64,000 nt of DNA from Macrostomum hystrix (lineage: Eukaryota; Animalia; Platyhelminthes): assembly GCA_950097015.1 (NCBI GenBank), contig CATNEN010000038.1:2666001-2730000 (forward strand). The letters run 5' to 3'. The notes under the pieces were generated by a model. The model had not been told where the DNA came from, searched no databases, and saw only the letters and a list, made by a program, of their open reading frames with translations. Made by a program: the position numbers and the translations under genes. Each line of letters starts with the position of its first letter. Within the stretch, counting starts at the first letter, position 1. Positions 26,001 through 36,971 of this stretch are shown one piece after another.

Positions 26001-27203
26001 TGAAAATATGAGATAAAAACTAATTTTCAAAGCTGACCAGCTTAGCTTTGTCTTTCAGCAGTTCTTTTCAAAGACCCTGGTGTCAAGTACAACCAATATT
26101 CCTGTCTAAACCTCTGGCAACTCCATATTAGTTTAATAATTTGGTGTATGGTTAAAAATAATTAGTGACAATATAATCAATAGGCTATAGTCTATAACAA
26201 CTATGACACTATTACATGATAAATTTTTCTGAGCTAAATTTTTGAAACATGTCTTTTATGGTTTTTGCCACTAGACAGCTGAACAAAACTCATTGAATAG
26301 CTATCTTTACAATACCATTTTTTAGATTCTGGATCTACTTTCATTGGATAAAGTAAAAAACTTTACTCTATATACTATATTATAATAGAAAATGTATATA
26401 AGATAGGTAAGATTTCAGGTATTTACTACTGTTAATGGTCACTCTGTGTTACTGCTAGCTATTTCATAAAATAGCTTATTAATGAAATGTTTTTCTAGAG
26501 TCTATGTTTGTATATGTTTCATATTGTTAAATATGGTAAGTCTTTTAGAGAAAGAATTAAAAAAATTGGACAATGTGTTTGCTACAACAATGAGAAGACC
26601 ACTTTTTTACTTGAAGTAAATGGACACAGACAATTTTTATTTCTTGTATAAATTGATTGATGAAGATATATATATATCTATTTTATTGAAGCAAATTTTT
26701 GAAGCTTACAATTTTCTTTACAATTTTAAGCTTACAATTTAGTTGTAAACATTTACAAAATATTGTAATTAATGACAAACCCAGTAGTGGTATATAGGTA
26801 ATTAATATATATTAAAAATATGCATATGTAGAGCTATCATGTCATGCAACTTATCTCACCTCAACTGCATTACAGAGTGTATTAAAATTATTTTCTCTTA
26901 TAGATATTTGCTACTCATTCTTATTTCTTAATACACACGATTTTATATAAGTTGACACGCACCCAAATAACTACTTTAAGTTGTGTCCTAATTATCATGA
27001 TCCTTTTGACTGCATGAACAAGTGATTACATCTTTCATTAATTAGGATTATATTATATTCATTTTCTAGCTATAAATATTTCCTATTCTGTTAAAAAAGC
27101 ATTCTCTCCATACTGCTAAAATATTTTGTCACAATATTTCCAGATTAAAAGTGTGATTAGATGTAGCTTGATGGCAAATTGACAGTCGTATTTGGGCAGT
27201 CTA

Positions 27204-29150
27204 ATGAACTCAGCCTCACCCTGTTATGAGCAGCCGAGAATGCCAGGCAGGCGCAAATCGCAGGTGAATCAGAACCGCAGCGAGCAGCAGCAGCAGCAGC
27301 CATTGGAGGAGACACTGGGCAGATGCGGCGGTTCCGATGGCGGCTCAGAATCTTCTGGCTGTGAGGCAGCCGCGGGCCTCGCTTCGGTGCCAGCTGCGCC
27401 ACCTATGCAGCTGCACCTGCAGTCCGCTTCAACATCGTCGTCGCATTGGTGGCTACGACCCTCGATGTCTGGCGGTCTGGCTGGCCAATCAGCTGCCGCG
27501 GAGTCAGATGACGACTCTCTGACTGCCAGGGCGCTGGCCAACTTGAGTCTGAGGGTGGGTAAACCGGATGAAACAAGAGATAAGACACGGGAGAGAGAAA
27601 ACACGAAAAAACGGCACAGGAGAGATGAGACACGAAAGAGACAAAATAAAAGGGATCAGGCACGGCACGCCAGAGATAAAACACGGGGAGATGAGACATG
27701 ACGAGACACTTGAGAGATGAGACACGGGAGAGATGAGACACAGAAGAGATAAGACACATAAGAGATAAGACACAGAAGAGATAAGACACAGGAGAGATGA
27801 GACACAGAAGAGATGAGACACAGGAGAGATGAGACACAGGAGAGATGAGACACAGGAGAGATGAGACACAGGAGAGATTAGAAACAGAAGAGATGAGACA
27901 CAGAACGGACCATTTGTCCTGCTAAATAAACGCCGAGCGCACACTGAACTAGCACCGTTTGACCCGTAATGTTCTCTTGTCAGGCTCTGGCGCAGCACCA
28001 TCATCGGCAGCTCGAGTCTGCTGACTCGGCAGATCCGGCCGCTGGCGCCGCTTCGACAGCTCGCGCCGATGCGACCTGGGTTGCTGCGTCTGCGAGTATA
28101 AATAAAACCTCTGACCCAGGCTCCGTTGCTGCCTATGGCGCTGCTGATACTGCTGCTGCCTCGGCAGGAAATCCTTCGCTGACAACCGCATCAACCGCTG
28201 CAGCGCTTGGTTCGCACAATGGCAGCATCTGCTGCCGTCGGGTCCGGGTTCGTCACAAGCAGCCCCGGCCGATGCTAGTGGACTCCGCCGCCGCTACTGC
28301 TTCAGCTCTAACGCCGACTTGTCGAGGCCCACCGCGACCGCCGCGTAAGCGTAAGAAAGCAACGGCTGGCGGCTCCAGTCCAGACGATGAAGACATCGGA
28401 GCTGATCAGGCCATGTCCACAGCATCAGCAGCGGCGTCAGCTGCTCTGAGGACAGCGAGAGCAGCCGCTGGCTCGCCTGCCTCCAGCGGTATTGGCGGTG
28501 GCGGCAGCGGCGCTGATGCAGACGACGAAGGCAGCAGCGGCTGCGGCGCCAGTAGCCTCAGCGACGTTAGCCTGGATGTTGAGGACGATGAGGCTATCGT
28601 TGTGGCCGCCTTTCATGGCTGCGGCATTGCCGATGCCTTTGACGATGCCGACATTCTGGCGACGTCGGCTGCGGCGTCAGCTTTGTCGGCGGCAGCCGCC
28701 GTAGCCTCCGCTGTCTCTGTCGGGGCTTTTGCTTCAACTAGCTCAGCTGTAATGACATCGATGATGCTAATGACGCCAGCGCCGTCGCTGACTTCGGCTG
28801 CGACAACCATGCTGTCCGCGACACACCATCGGCCGATTCGCGCGGCCGTTCATCGTCAGCGCGCCGGAACTGGCGCTAGCGGCGGTGACACCTTCGTCTC
28901 GCCCTCGTCATTCCCGCCGTCGATTTTCACGGACAAATCCTTTGCCGCCAGATGTTGCAACGCAGCCGACGACCATTTTGCCCAGTTGGCCTCTATAACT
29001 AACGGCGAGGGCGAGGAGGCCAGGCGAGGCAAGCGAATCGTGGCCAGCAAGCTGGGCCACCTCACTAATAAGAGGCGCAAGTTTCACGCCAATTCCACCG
29101 CTTCGGTTTCAGATGAGGAGATGCATGTTGCCACTGCTGTGGCGCCCTAG
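27204..29150 (+). CDS. ~505-aa Ala/Ser-rich, probably nuclear protein, 2 exons (27204-27554, 27984-29150); possibly GPATCH2/GPATCH2L-related
   Basis: GC-rich open frames joined in phase 0 (AGG|GTGGGT ... GTCAG|GCT). Basic NLS-like PPRKRKK and KRRKF. Short motifs ESDDD-x-LxA, RRVR...MLVD and GADADDEGS occur in the order I recall for the GPATCH2 N-terminus. Family call is weak. Confidence 0.6.
27575..27905. repeat. 15-bp GA-rich minisatellite (GAGATGAGACACAGGA-like) filling the intron
   Basis: Seen directly; same motif family as the array inside the hAT MITE at 37055-37775. Confidence 0.85.
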
Positions 29151-29462
29151 TGATTCACTCGATAGGATTTCTTTCTACCCAAGAAATCCATTTCTCAGCT
29201 GCGTGAACTGCTCAAGCTTGAATTTTCCTGAAATTCGAACTCACGACCTCTGGGTCACAAGTCCGAAGCTGTAACCACAAGGCAACACTGGTAATAGTAA
29301 TAATATTTCCATGGGGTGGGGCTGCGGGCAATGGCACATCATTTGGTGGCAATTCTGCCTGTTTCGCTGACTTACGCTCACACAGGTGTTTACATCTGGC
29401 CTGATTTTCTCATAGTATTTAGTGTAACAAAAATTGTCCGCCCTTTACGATGAACTAACTTT

Positions 29463-30055
29463 GGGGGCGAGTGGGTCAGCGGCTAGCGTCGCTGCCTCGC
29501 ACTCCAATGGACGCTAGTTCGATTCACCCTTCAAGTCACGATTAATTTCGGGACTTGTTGGAGGGTTTGGACAGTAGCGACCGGCGGAGGTGCACCATAT
29601 TTCGTGCAATCAAAGCTTGAAATAATAGCTTCGCTCCTACCTTCTGTGTCCCTGTTCTGCGTTGTGTGAATTGTGTGCGTTGGCGCTGGGGCGTGAGGCC
29701 TTGCGGGGGGTGGCTGGAGGGCGGGTGTACACCGCCGCGCGCTTTCTGGATTTCCGTCAGCGCGATTGGATAAGTGTACACTCATCACCCGGCCCCCCCG
29801 TGAGGACTGATTTCTTATCAGCCTTCCGCCTTGGTCTGCTATGTGCGTGTGGGGCTGGGTCGGGGGACACTGCTGCCTATTCTGGGTGCCTCCTGCCCTC
29901 CCCGGCTGGTCTGTGCTGTTGTGTGTGGTGCCTGCTCAGGGGAAGCGGCGCGATGGGCGCAAAAGCGTCTAGTTCGCCGGTCTGGGGGCGTGCCGCTCCG
30001 TCGCTTGTGCGACAAGTGCCCCGGGCACCCTGCAAATCGATAGAGATAGAGAGAG
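29463..30055 (+). mobile_element. tRNA-headed SINE family C (~590 bp)
   Basis: GGGGCGAGTGGGTCAGCGG...AGTTCGATTC head. Homologous to 35121-35965 (CAAGTCACGATT...TTCGGG; CAAGTGCCCC...CCCTGCAAAT 3' end). Confidence 0.7.
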
Positions 30056-30615
30056 ATGAACTAATTTTCAAAGCCGTCGGACGTCAGCATGATTCAGATA
30101 TTTAGCAATTCTTGTCGAAGACCCTGGTGACAAGGACAAGTAACAATTGCTCCGTAAAAACTTCTATGGCGAATCCATATTGGCCCAATCAGATAATAAT
30201 TACATGGTTGCATTGTCAGTTTTCGTTGGCAGAAAAATGTGGGCACTCTCTACGAGTATTGTCTATTCACAGTAGCCTTTTTATCCGTAGCCTGTATCAG
30301 CATTGAGCAAGTATATGAGCAAGTATTACCTTTTGTGTTTCTTCTGCGCATTGTTCTGTAAAGACTTCGAGAGCTTCGTAAATCATTTAATGCGATGCAT
30401 TGTTTCTTTCTGTTATCTCTGTAGTAATGAAGCATCTGTTTTTGTCATCTTCATTGTAAAGATCATTGTTATATTTAGCTCGTAATTGAAGCATATACCA
30501 CTTAATAAAGAACTGCAAGATTGAGACTTTATAAAACTTTATAGGACATGTTTTAAGACTGTTGATTTGCTTAAACAAATCACATAAACTGGCTTCTTTT
30601 CACTTTATCTTATAA

Positions 30616-33497
30616 GCAGCTAATCCTCTGTTTTCACACTGCATCAGCTGCTAATCCTCTGTTCTCACACTGCATCAGCTGCTAGCCTAATCCTCTGTTC
30701 TCACACTGCATCAGTTGTTAATCTTCTGTTCTCACACTGCATCAGCTGCTAATCCTCTGTTTTCACACTGCATCAGCTGCTAATCCTCTGTTTTCACACT
30801 GCATCAGCTGCTAATCCTCTGTTCTCACACTGCATCAGCTGCTAATCCTCTGTTTTCACACTGCATCAGCTGCTAATCCTCTGTTCTCACACTGCATCAG
30901 CTGCTAATCCTCTGTTCTCACACTGCATCAGCTGCTAATCCTCTGTTTTCACACTGCATCAGCTGCTAATCCTCTGTTCTCACACTGCATCAGCTGCTAA
31001 TCCTCTGTTTTCACACTGCATCAGCTGCTAATCCTCTGTTCTCACACTGCATCAGCTGCTAATCCTCTGTTTTCACACTGCATCAGCTGCTAATCCTCTG
31101 TTCTCACACTGCATCAGCTGCTAATCCTCTGTTTTCACACTGCATCAGCTGCTAATCCTCTGTTCTCACACTGCATCAGCTGCTAATCCTCTGTTCTCAC
31201 ACTGCATCAGCTGCTAATCCTCTGTTTTCACACTGCATCAGCTGCTAATCCTCTGTTCTCACACTGCATCAGCTGCTAATCCTCTGTTTTCACACTGCAT
31301 CAGCTGCTAATCCTCTGTTTTCACACTGCATCAGCTGCTAATCCTCTGTTCTCACACTGCATCAGCTGCTAATCCTCTGTTCTCACACTGCATCAGCTGC
31401 TAATCCTCTGTTCTCACACTGCATCAGCTGCTAATCCTCTGTTCTCACACTGCATCAGCTGCTAATCCTCTGTTTTCACACTGCATCAGCTGCTAATCCT
31501 CTGTTCTCACACCGCATCAGCTGCTAATCCTCTGTTCTCACACTGCATCAGCTGCTAATCCTCTGTTTTCACACTGCATCAGCTGCTAATCCTCTGTTCT
31601 CACACTGCATCAGCTGCTAATCCTCTGTTCTCACACTGCATCAGCTGCTAATCCTCTGTTTTCACACTGCATCAGCTGCTAATCCTCTGTTCTCACACTG
31701 CATCAGCTGCTAATCCTCTGTTTTCACACTGCATCAGCTGCTAATCCTCTGTTTTCACACTGCATCAGCTGCTAATCCTCTGTTCTCACACTGCATCAGC
31801 TGCTAATCCTCTGTTCTCACACTGCATCAGGTGTTAATCTTCTGTTTTCACACTGCATCAGCTGCTAATCCTCTGTTCTCACACTGCATCAGCTGCTAAT
31901 CCTCTGTTCTCACACTGCATCAGCTGCTAATCCTCTGTTTTCACACTGCATCAGCTGCTAATCCTCTGTTCTCACACTGCATCAGCTGCTAATCCTCTGT
32001 TCTCACACTGCATCAGTTGTTAATCCTTCTGTTTTCACACTGCATCAGCTGCTAATCCTCTGTTCTCACACTGCATCAGCTGCTAATCCTCTGTTCTCAC
32101 ACTGCATCAGCTGCTAATCCTCTGTTCTCACACTGCATCAGCTGCTAATCCTCTGTTCTCACACTGCATCAGCTGCTAATCCTCTATTTTCACACTGCAT
32201 CAGCTGCTAATCCTCTGTTCTCACACTGCATCAGCTGCTAATCCTCTGTTCTCACACTGCATCAGCTGCTAATCCTCTGTTCTCACACTGCATCAGCTGC
32301 TAATCCTCTGTTTTCACACTGCATCAGCTGCTAATCCTCTGTTCTCACACTGCATCAGCTGCTAATCCTCTGTTTTCACACTGCATCAGCTGCTAATCCT
32401 CTGTTCTCACACTGCATCAGCTGCTAATCCTCTGTTCTCACACTGCATCAGCTGCTAATCCTCTGTTTTCACACTGCATCAGCTGCTAATCCTCTGTTCT
32501 CACACTGCATCAGCTGCTAATCCTCTGTTCTCACACTGCATCAGCTGCTAATCCTCTGTTTTCACACTGCATCAGCTGCTAATCCTCTGTTTTCACACTG
32601 CATCAGCTGCTAATCCTCTGTTCTCACACTGCATCAGCTGCTAATCCTCTGTTTTCACACTGCATCAGCTGCTAATCCTCTGTTCTCACACTGCATCAGC
32701 TGCTAATCCTCTGTTCTCACACTGCATCAGCTGCTAATCCTCTGTTTTCACACTGCATCAGCTGCTAATCCTCTGTTCTCACACTGCATCAGCTGCTAAT
32801 CCTCTGTTCTCACACTGCATCAGCTGCTAATCCTCTGTTTTCACACTGCATCAGCTGCTAATCCTCTGTTCTCACACTGCATCAGCTGCTAATCCTCTGT
32901 TCTCACACTGCATCAGCTGCTAATCCTCTGTTTTCACACTGCATCAGCTGCTAATCCTCTGTTCTCACACTGCATCAGCTGCTAATCCTCTGTTTTCACA
33001 CTGCATCAGCTGCTAATCCTCTGTTTTCACACTGCATCAGCTGCTAATCCTCTGTTTTCACACTGCATCAGCTGCTAATCCTCTGTTCTCACACTGCATC
33101 AGCTGCTAATCCTCTGTTCTCACACTGCATCAGCTGCTAATCCTCTGTTTTCACACTGCATCAGCTGCTAATCCTCTGTTCTCACACTGCATCAGCTGCT
33201 AATCCTCTGTTCTCACACTGCATCAGCTGCTAATCCTCTGTTTTCACACTGCATCAGCTGCTAATCCTCTGTTCTCACACTGCATCAGCTGCTAATCCTC
33301 TGTTTTCACACTGCATCAGCTGCTAATCCTCTGTTCTCACACTGCATCAGCTGCTAATCCTCTGTTTTCACACTGCATCAGCTGCTAATCCTCTGTTTTC
33401 ACACTGCATCAGCTGCTAATCCTCTGTTCTCACACTGCATCAGCTGCTAATCCTCTGTTCTCACCCTGCATCAGCTGCTAATCCTCTGTTCTCACAG
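30616..33497. repeat. 31-bp satellite, ~93 copies (GCTGCTAATCCTCTGTTYTCACACTGCATCA)
   Basis: Highly homogeneous; varies mostly at a single C/T position. Confidence 0.98.
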
Positions 33498-33710
33498 GTG
33501 TCGGCCAACGGTCGCAGGGCCAGAATTTGTTAGAATGGGGGTTATATGCCGGCCTCCAGTTGGTTGAAGAAAATGCTTTTGAAGACATTACCAGCCAATC
33601 AAACTTGCCGGCTTTGTTTGTAAAGTGTAATTTGATAAGGCCTAAAAGCAAACATACGACACCTCACAGCAGTGAAATTTCGACGAATTCCAAGCGTTTC
33701 ACCAACTGTC

Positions 33711-34588
33711 ATGCACTGTAAGTTTAAAAGCTATTGTTTTAAACAACGCCACTTAACAATAATCAAATCCCACGATTTTGCTGACTCACTACAGGCTCAA
33801 GAGTGGACTTTCTGTTGTGCATTGTCGGAGGAATCGTTATCACGGCTGCCTCCGCGGATGGCTCAGATCTGATCAGTGGCGGTAGCGACTTTGTGAAAAT
33901 TATCGGTCGCACTTGCCTCAGGCCGCAGTTTGTGGCTACTGAGGCCTTATCGTCTGCCCGCTCTGAGCTCGAATGTGCCTCCTTGTGCAACACGATGCGG
34001 TACCAAGCAGCGTGTCAGGGATTCCGCCTGTTAAGGGATCCTAAGGGATTTGAACTCAACTGCCAGCTGTTCCTTTTTGATCGTTGCAGCCACATGACCA
34101 ACTTGGACAACTGCAGCCAGTTCGGCTGGGTCTTTGTTCGCAAGCAGCCCGGCCTGCCAGATGGGCAGCTGTGCCCCCATGGCTACAGCAATGGCTACCT
34201 GGGCTCCAACTACAAGCTGTTCGACATCTCTAGCTGGGCTTCGGGATCTACCAAGTGCAGCTCGGAGCCGGGGTTAACTAAGTACGCCGACATGATCAGC
34301 CCGGTCGAAGGCGATCGAATGCACTGGATCAAGACCAACGTCAATTTCAAGAGGTCGTACTATATCGGAGGCTACCGCATCGGTAGCGCCACCTCGGGCA
34401 CCTGGATTTGGCAGGCCTGCAACTCGAAATTCGTCAGTGCCATCTGGGCAGTTGGGGAGCCAAATAGCGACGACAACCACAGACGCGCCGCTGTCTCGAC
34501 GAGCATTAGCTCGGGTCCGGATGATCTGCAGGAAGGCGATTCCAATGTCAACCAAGTCATGTGCGAATGCGTTAATCCATTCGCTTGA
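33711..34588 (+). CDS. Secreted PAN/apple + C-type lectin domain protein, ~266 aa (exons 33711-33717, 33795-34588)
   Basis: ATGCACT|GTAAGT joins CTACAG|GC in phase to give signal peptide MHCSRVDFLLCIVGGIVITAASA. PAN-type CASLC..CQGF..CQLF; CTLD-type W..G..KC, YYIGG, WIWQ, WAVGEPN, MCEC. Confidence 0.8.
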
Positions 34589-34719
34589 TGGTTCCGTTCT
34601 GAACTCGTGCGGATCCGGTTAGAGTTGTCTGTCCAAATACACGGACTCTCCATCATGCTTGATGGTTCCGTTCTGAACTCGTGCGGATCCGGTTAGAGTT
34701 GTTTGTCCAAATACACGGA
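34583..34719 (+). repeat. 63-bp direct duplication including the lectin stop codon
   Basis: 34583-34645 vs 34657-34719, one mismatch. Confidence 0.85.
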
Positions 34720-35120
34720 AAGCCAAGCCGATCGATTGACGGTAAAGAACGTTTGTTTTAGCATAGTCAACTGGCAAGCCTAGGCAACTTATCCGAGTTC
34801 AACTGCTCCTCCAGAAGACTAGAAGTTGCCTTTGCTTCCTGTGTCAAATGTAGAATTTTGGTGTCGGCAAAACATCTCTTTTCTTCGCTGTCTTGATGTT
34901 GACTCAAAGTAAAAAAAAACTATTGATTGTGCTCGGTTCCGCGTCCGGGCCACATTCATTTGGGGCATGTTTTGCATCTTTGCACGACTCAAGACAGTGT
35001 GTGAGGGCAAGGGATCACGGCACAAGATAGTATACTACTACTACTACTATTGTACATGTATCATCATACAGTCGAATTGAGAAGCCTCGGGAAAGGGATT
35101 TGAACAATCGGTAGTCTGGA

Positions 35121-35965
35121 GGGGGTGAATGGGTCTGCGGCTGTTGTCGCTGCCTCACTTTCCAATGGTCGCTGGTTCGTTCCTCCCTCCAAGTCACGAT
35201 TATTTCGGGGCTTAGCGCTTAGTTGGAGGTTTGCGAAGTAGTGACTTGTGGAGATGCACCTTATTCTGTGCAACCAAAGCTAATTTAAAATAGCTTAACC
35301 CCTGCATTCTGCATGCAGGTTGTAGCCTACGAGTAGTGGTTAGGGCGTCGGACTGACGACTTGAAGGTCGGGGGTTCGATTCCTGTCTCCACTTAAACAA
35401 TTTGTGTCCTTTAGCAAGACACTTAGCTCTCCATTGCTTCAGTTCACCCAGCTGTTAAATGGGTACCAGTATTAGCTGGGATAATTGAAGGTGGGTTTGG
35501 CGTCCCCCCAGTCCATGGACTGAACAGCCGTACGCAGCCTTCAGATGCGCCGCGCAATAGCTGCGGCTGTGCTGTCGGCTGCACATCTGACCCGACTAGG
35601 GCAGGTGTAATCAATTAAATTATATTATTATTAATTATTCTGCATGCCTGCTTGTTTGTGTTTGTGAATTGGGCCGGCGTTGTATGGGGGTGGGGCGGGT
35701 GTGCACCAATGTGTACTCTCGTCCCTACCCTTCAGGCATCTAAGTCCTCCCCTGGTTTGGTCTGCTCTGCGCGTGTGCGGTCCTAGGGTGAGAGGCACTC
35801 CGGCTGCCGCCCCTTCCCCGCTTGGCTTGCTGCTGTGTGTGAGGTGCCTGAGTCCAGGGTCCAGATGGCGCAATGGGCGACTCCCGCCTATTTCGCCGGC
35901 CTGGGTGCATGCCGTTACTGCGCTTGAGCGTCAAGTGCCCCAGGCCCCCTGCAAATAAGTAAAAA
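35121..35965 (+). mobile_element. SINE family C copy interrupted by a SINE B insertion
   Basis: Homology to 29463-30055 on both sides of the insertion. Confidence 0.7.
35317..35636 (+). mobile_element. Full-length SINE family B nested in SINE C, 11-bp TSD ATTCTGCATGC
   Basis: TSD at 35306-35316 and 35637-35647; tRNA head, CORE-like domain, AT-rich tail. Confidence 0.9.
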
Positions 35966-36029
35966 CGGTGTCTGCAGTCAGCAGTCAATTATACATCCCG
36001 ATAGCTAAACCCCGGTGAATTTTTATATC

Positions 36030-36395
36030 ATGAATAATAATAACTGCGGGAGGGCTGCGGGCAATGGCACTTCATTTGTTGACACTAGACCCGCAGCCAG
36101 CGAGGAGGCAATTCTGCCCATTTCGCTGACTCCTGAGCACACACGCACACAGATACCGTTCGCAGGCACACACTCACACATGTGTGTACATCTGCCCTGA
36201 CTTTCTCATCGTCAGGCAGTTTACACTCTCACTGTGCCTTGGAGGTTGGCCCTCAAGGGCGTAAATTGCACGACAAGCCCCCAAGCCTTCTCTACGCGGC
36301 TGCGCCCCAAATGAATGTGTCCTAGCCGCGGAGTCGAGCTTAGGGACCTTGGTGCGAGAGGCAAACGCGTTGAACCGCTCTGCCACTCACCCCCA
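36030..36395 (-). mobile_element. Full-length SINE family A copy
   Basis: Matches 3975-4338 end to end. Confidence 0.85.
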
Positions 36396-36971
36396 TCGTG
36401 TACCGTCCGTGTCCACTGTACGCTTCGGCGTTTTACAGCAAGACGGTCGCACAGGGGAGTACACAGTATGCATATAATACAATAATACAATAATTTAGTC
36501 TGCCAACTGCAGTTCGTGAAAACAAGTTTGATGAACACGCTTGTTGTACACGCATGCCTGTTCTGCTCATTTTCCAACTGCGCCTCCCAGTGTTATTCTG
36601 ATAAGTACTCGTATGTGTGGGCTTGTTAAATTGATCGAAGCGCGTTTATTACACCGACTGCTGAGCGACTTACATTTTAGCTCACTTTGCCGTACAATGC
36701 CATGCCACCCAGTTGCAAGGATGGGGTAGGAAAACTTGCCAGCTTCTCTAAGCTTTTTTATCCCGCTTGGGCAAACCTTGAGTACATTGTGCCCAAGGAC
36801 TGGCTCAGATTAGCCAGAGAGACGGAGGGAGAGGTTGAGGGAGTGACAAAGCACTGCAGCAAAAGCCAATAGCATCATCCTACAAAATGTCTTCTAGACT
36901 CAGGAATTGCTGATAATCAGTGGGATTTTATCCCCTTATTTCTGAAGCCTGCTTTGACTGCGATTTTACAC

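Noticed and set aside
30616-33497. CRISPR-like array
   Set aside because: Units are head-to-tail with no unique spacers, there are no cas genes, and the context is eukaryotic. The same applies to the 26-, 35-, 38- and 53-bp arrays.
36045-36125. HDV-like ribozyme in the SINE A 3' region (GCCTCCTCGCTGGC matches HDV P3/L3 on the - strand)
   Set aside because: No upstream P1 strand and no P1.1 GG in the right place. The segment instead pairs downstream (GGCTGCGGGT/GCCCGCAGCC) as a simple stem-loop typical of LINE-derived tails. An Infernal or RNArobo search would settle it.
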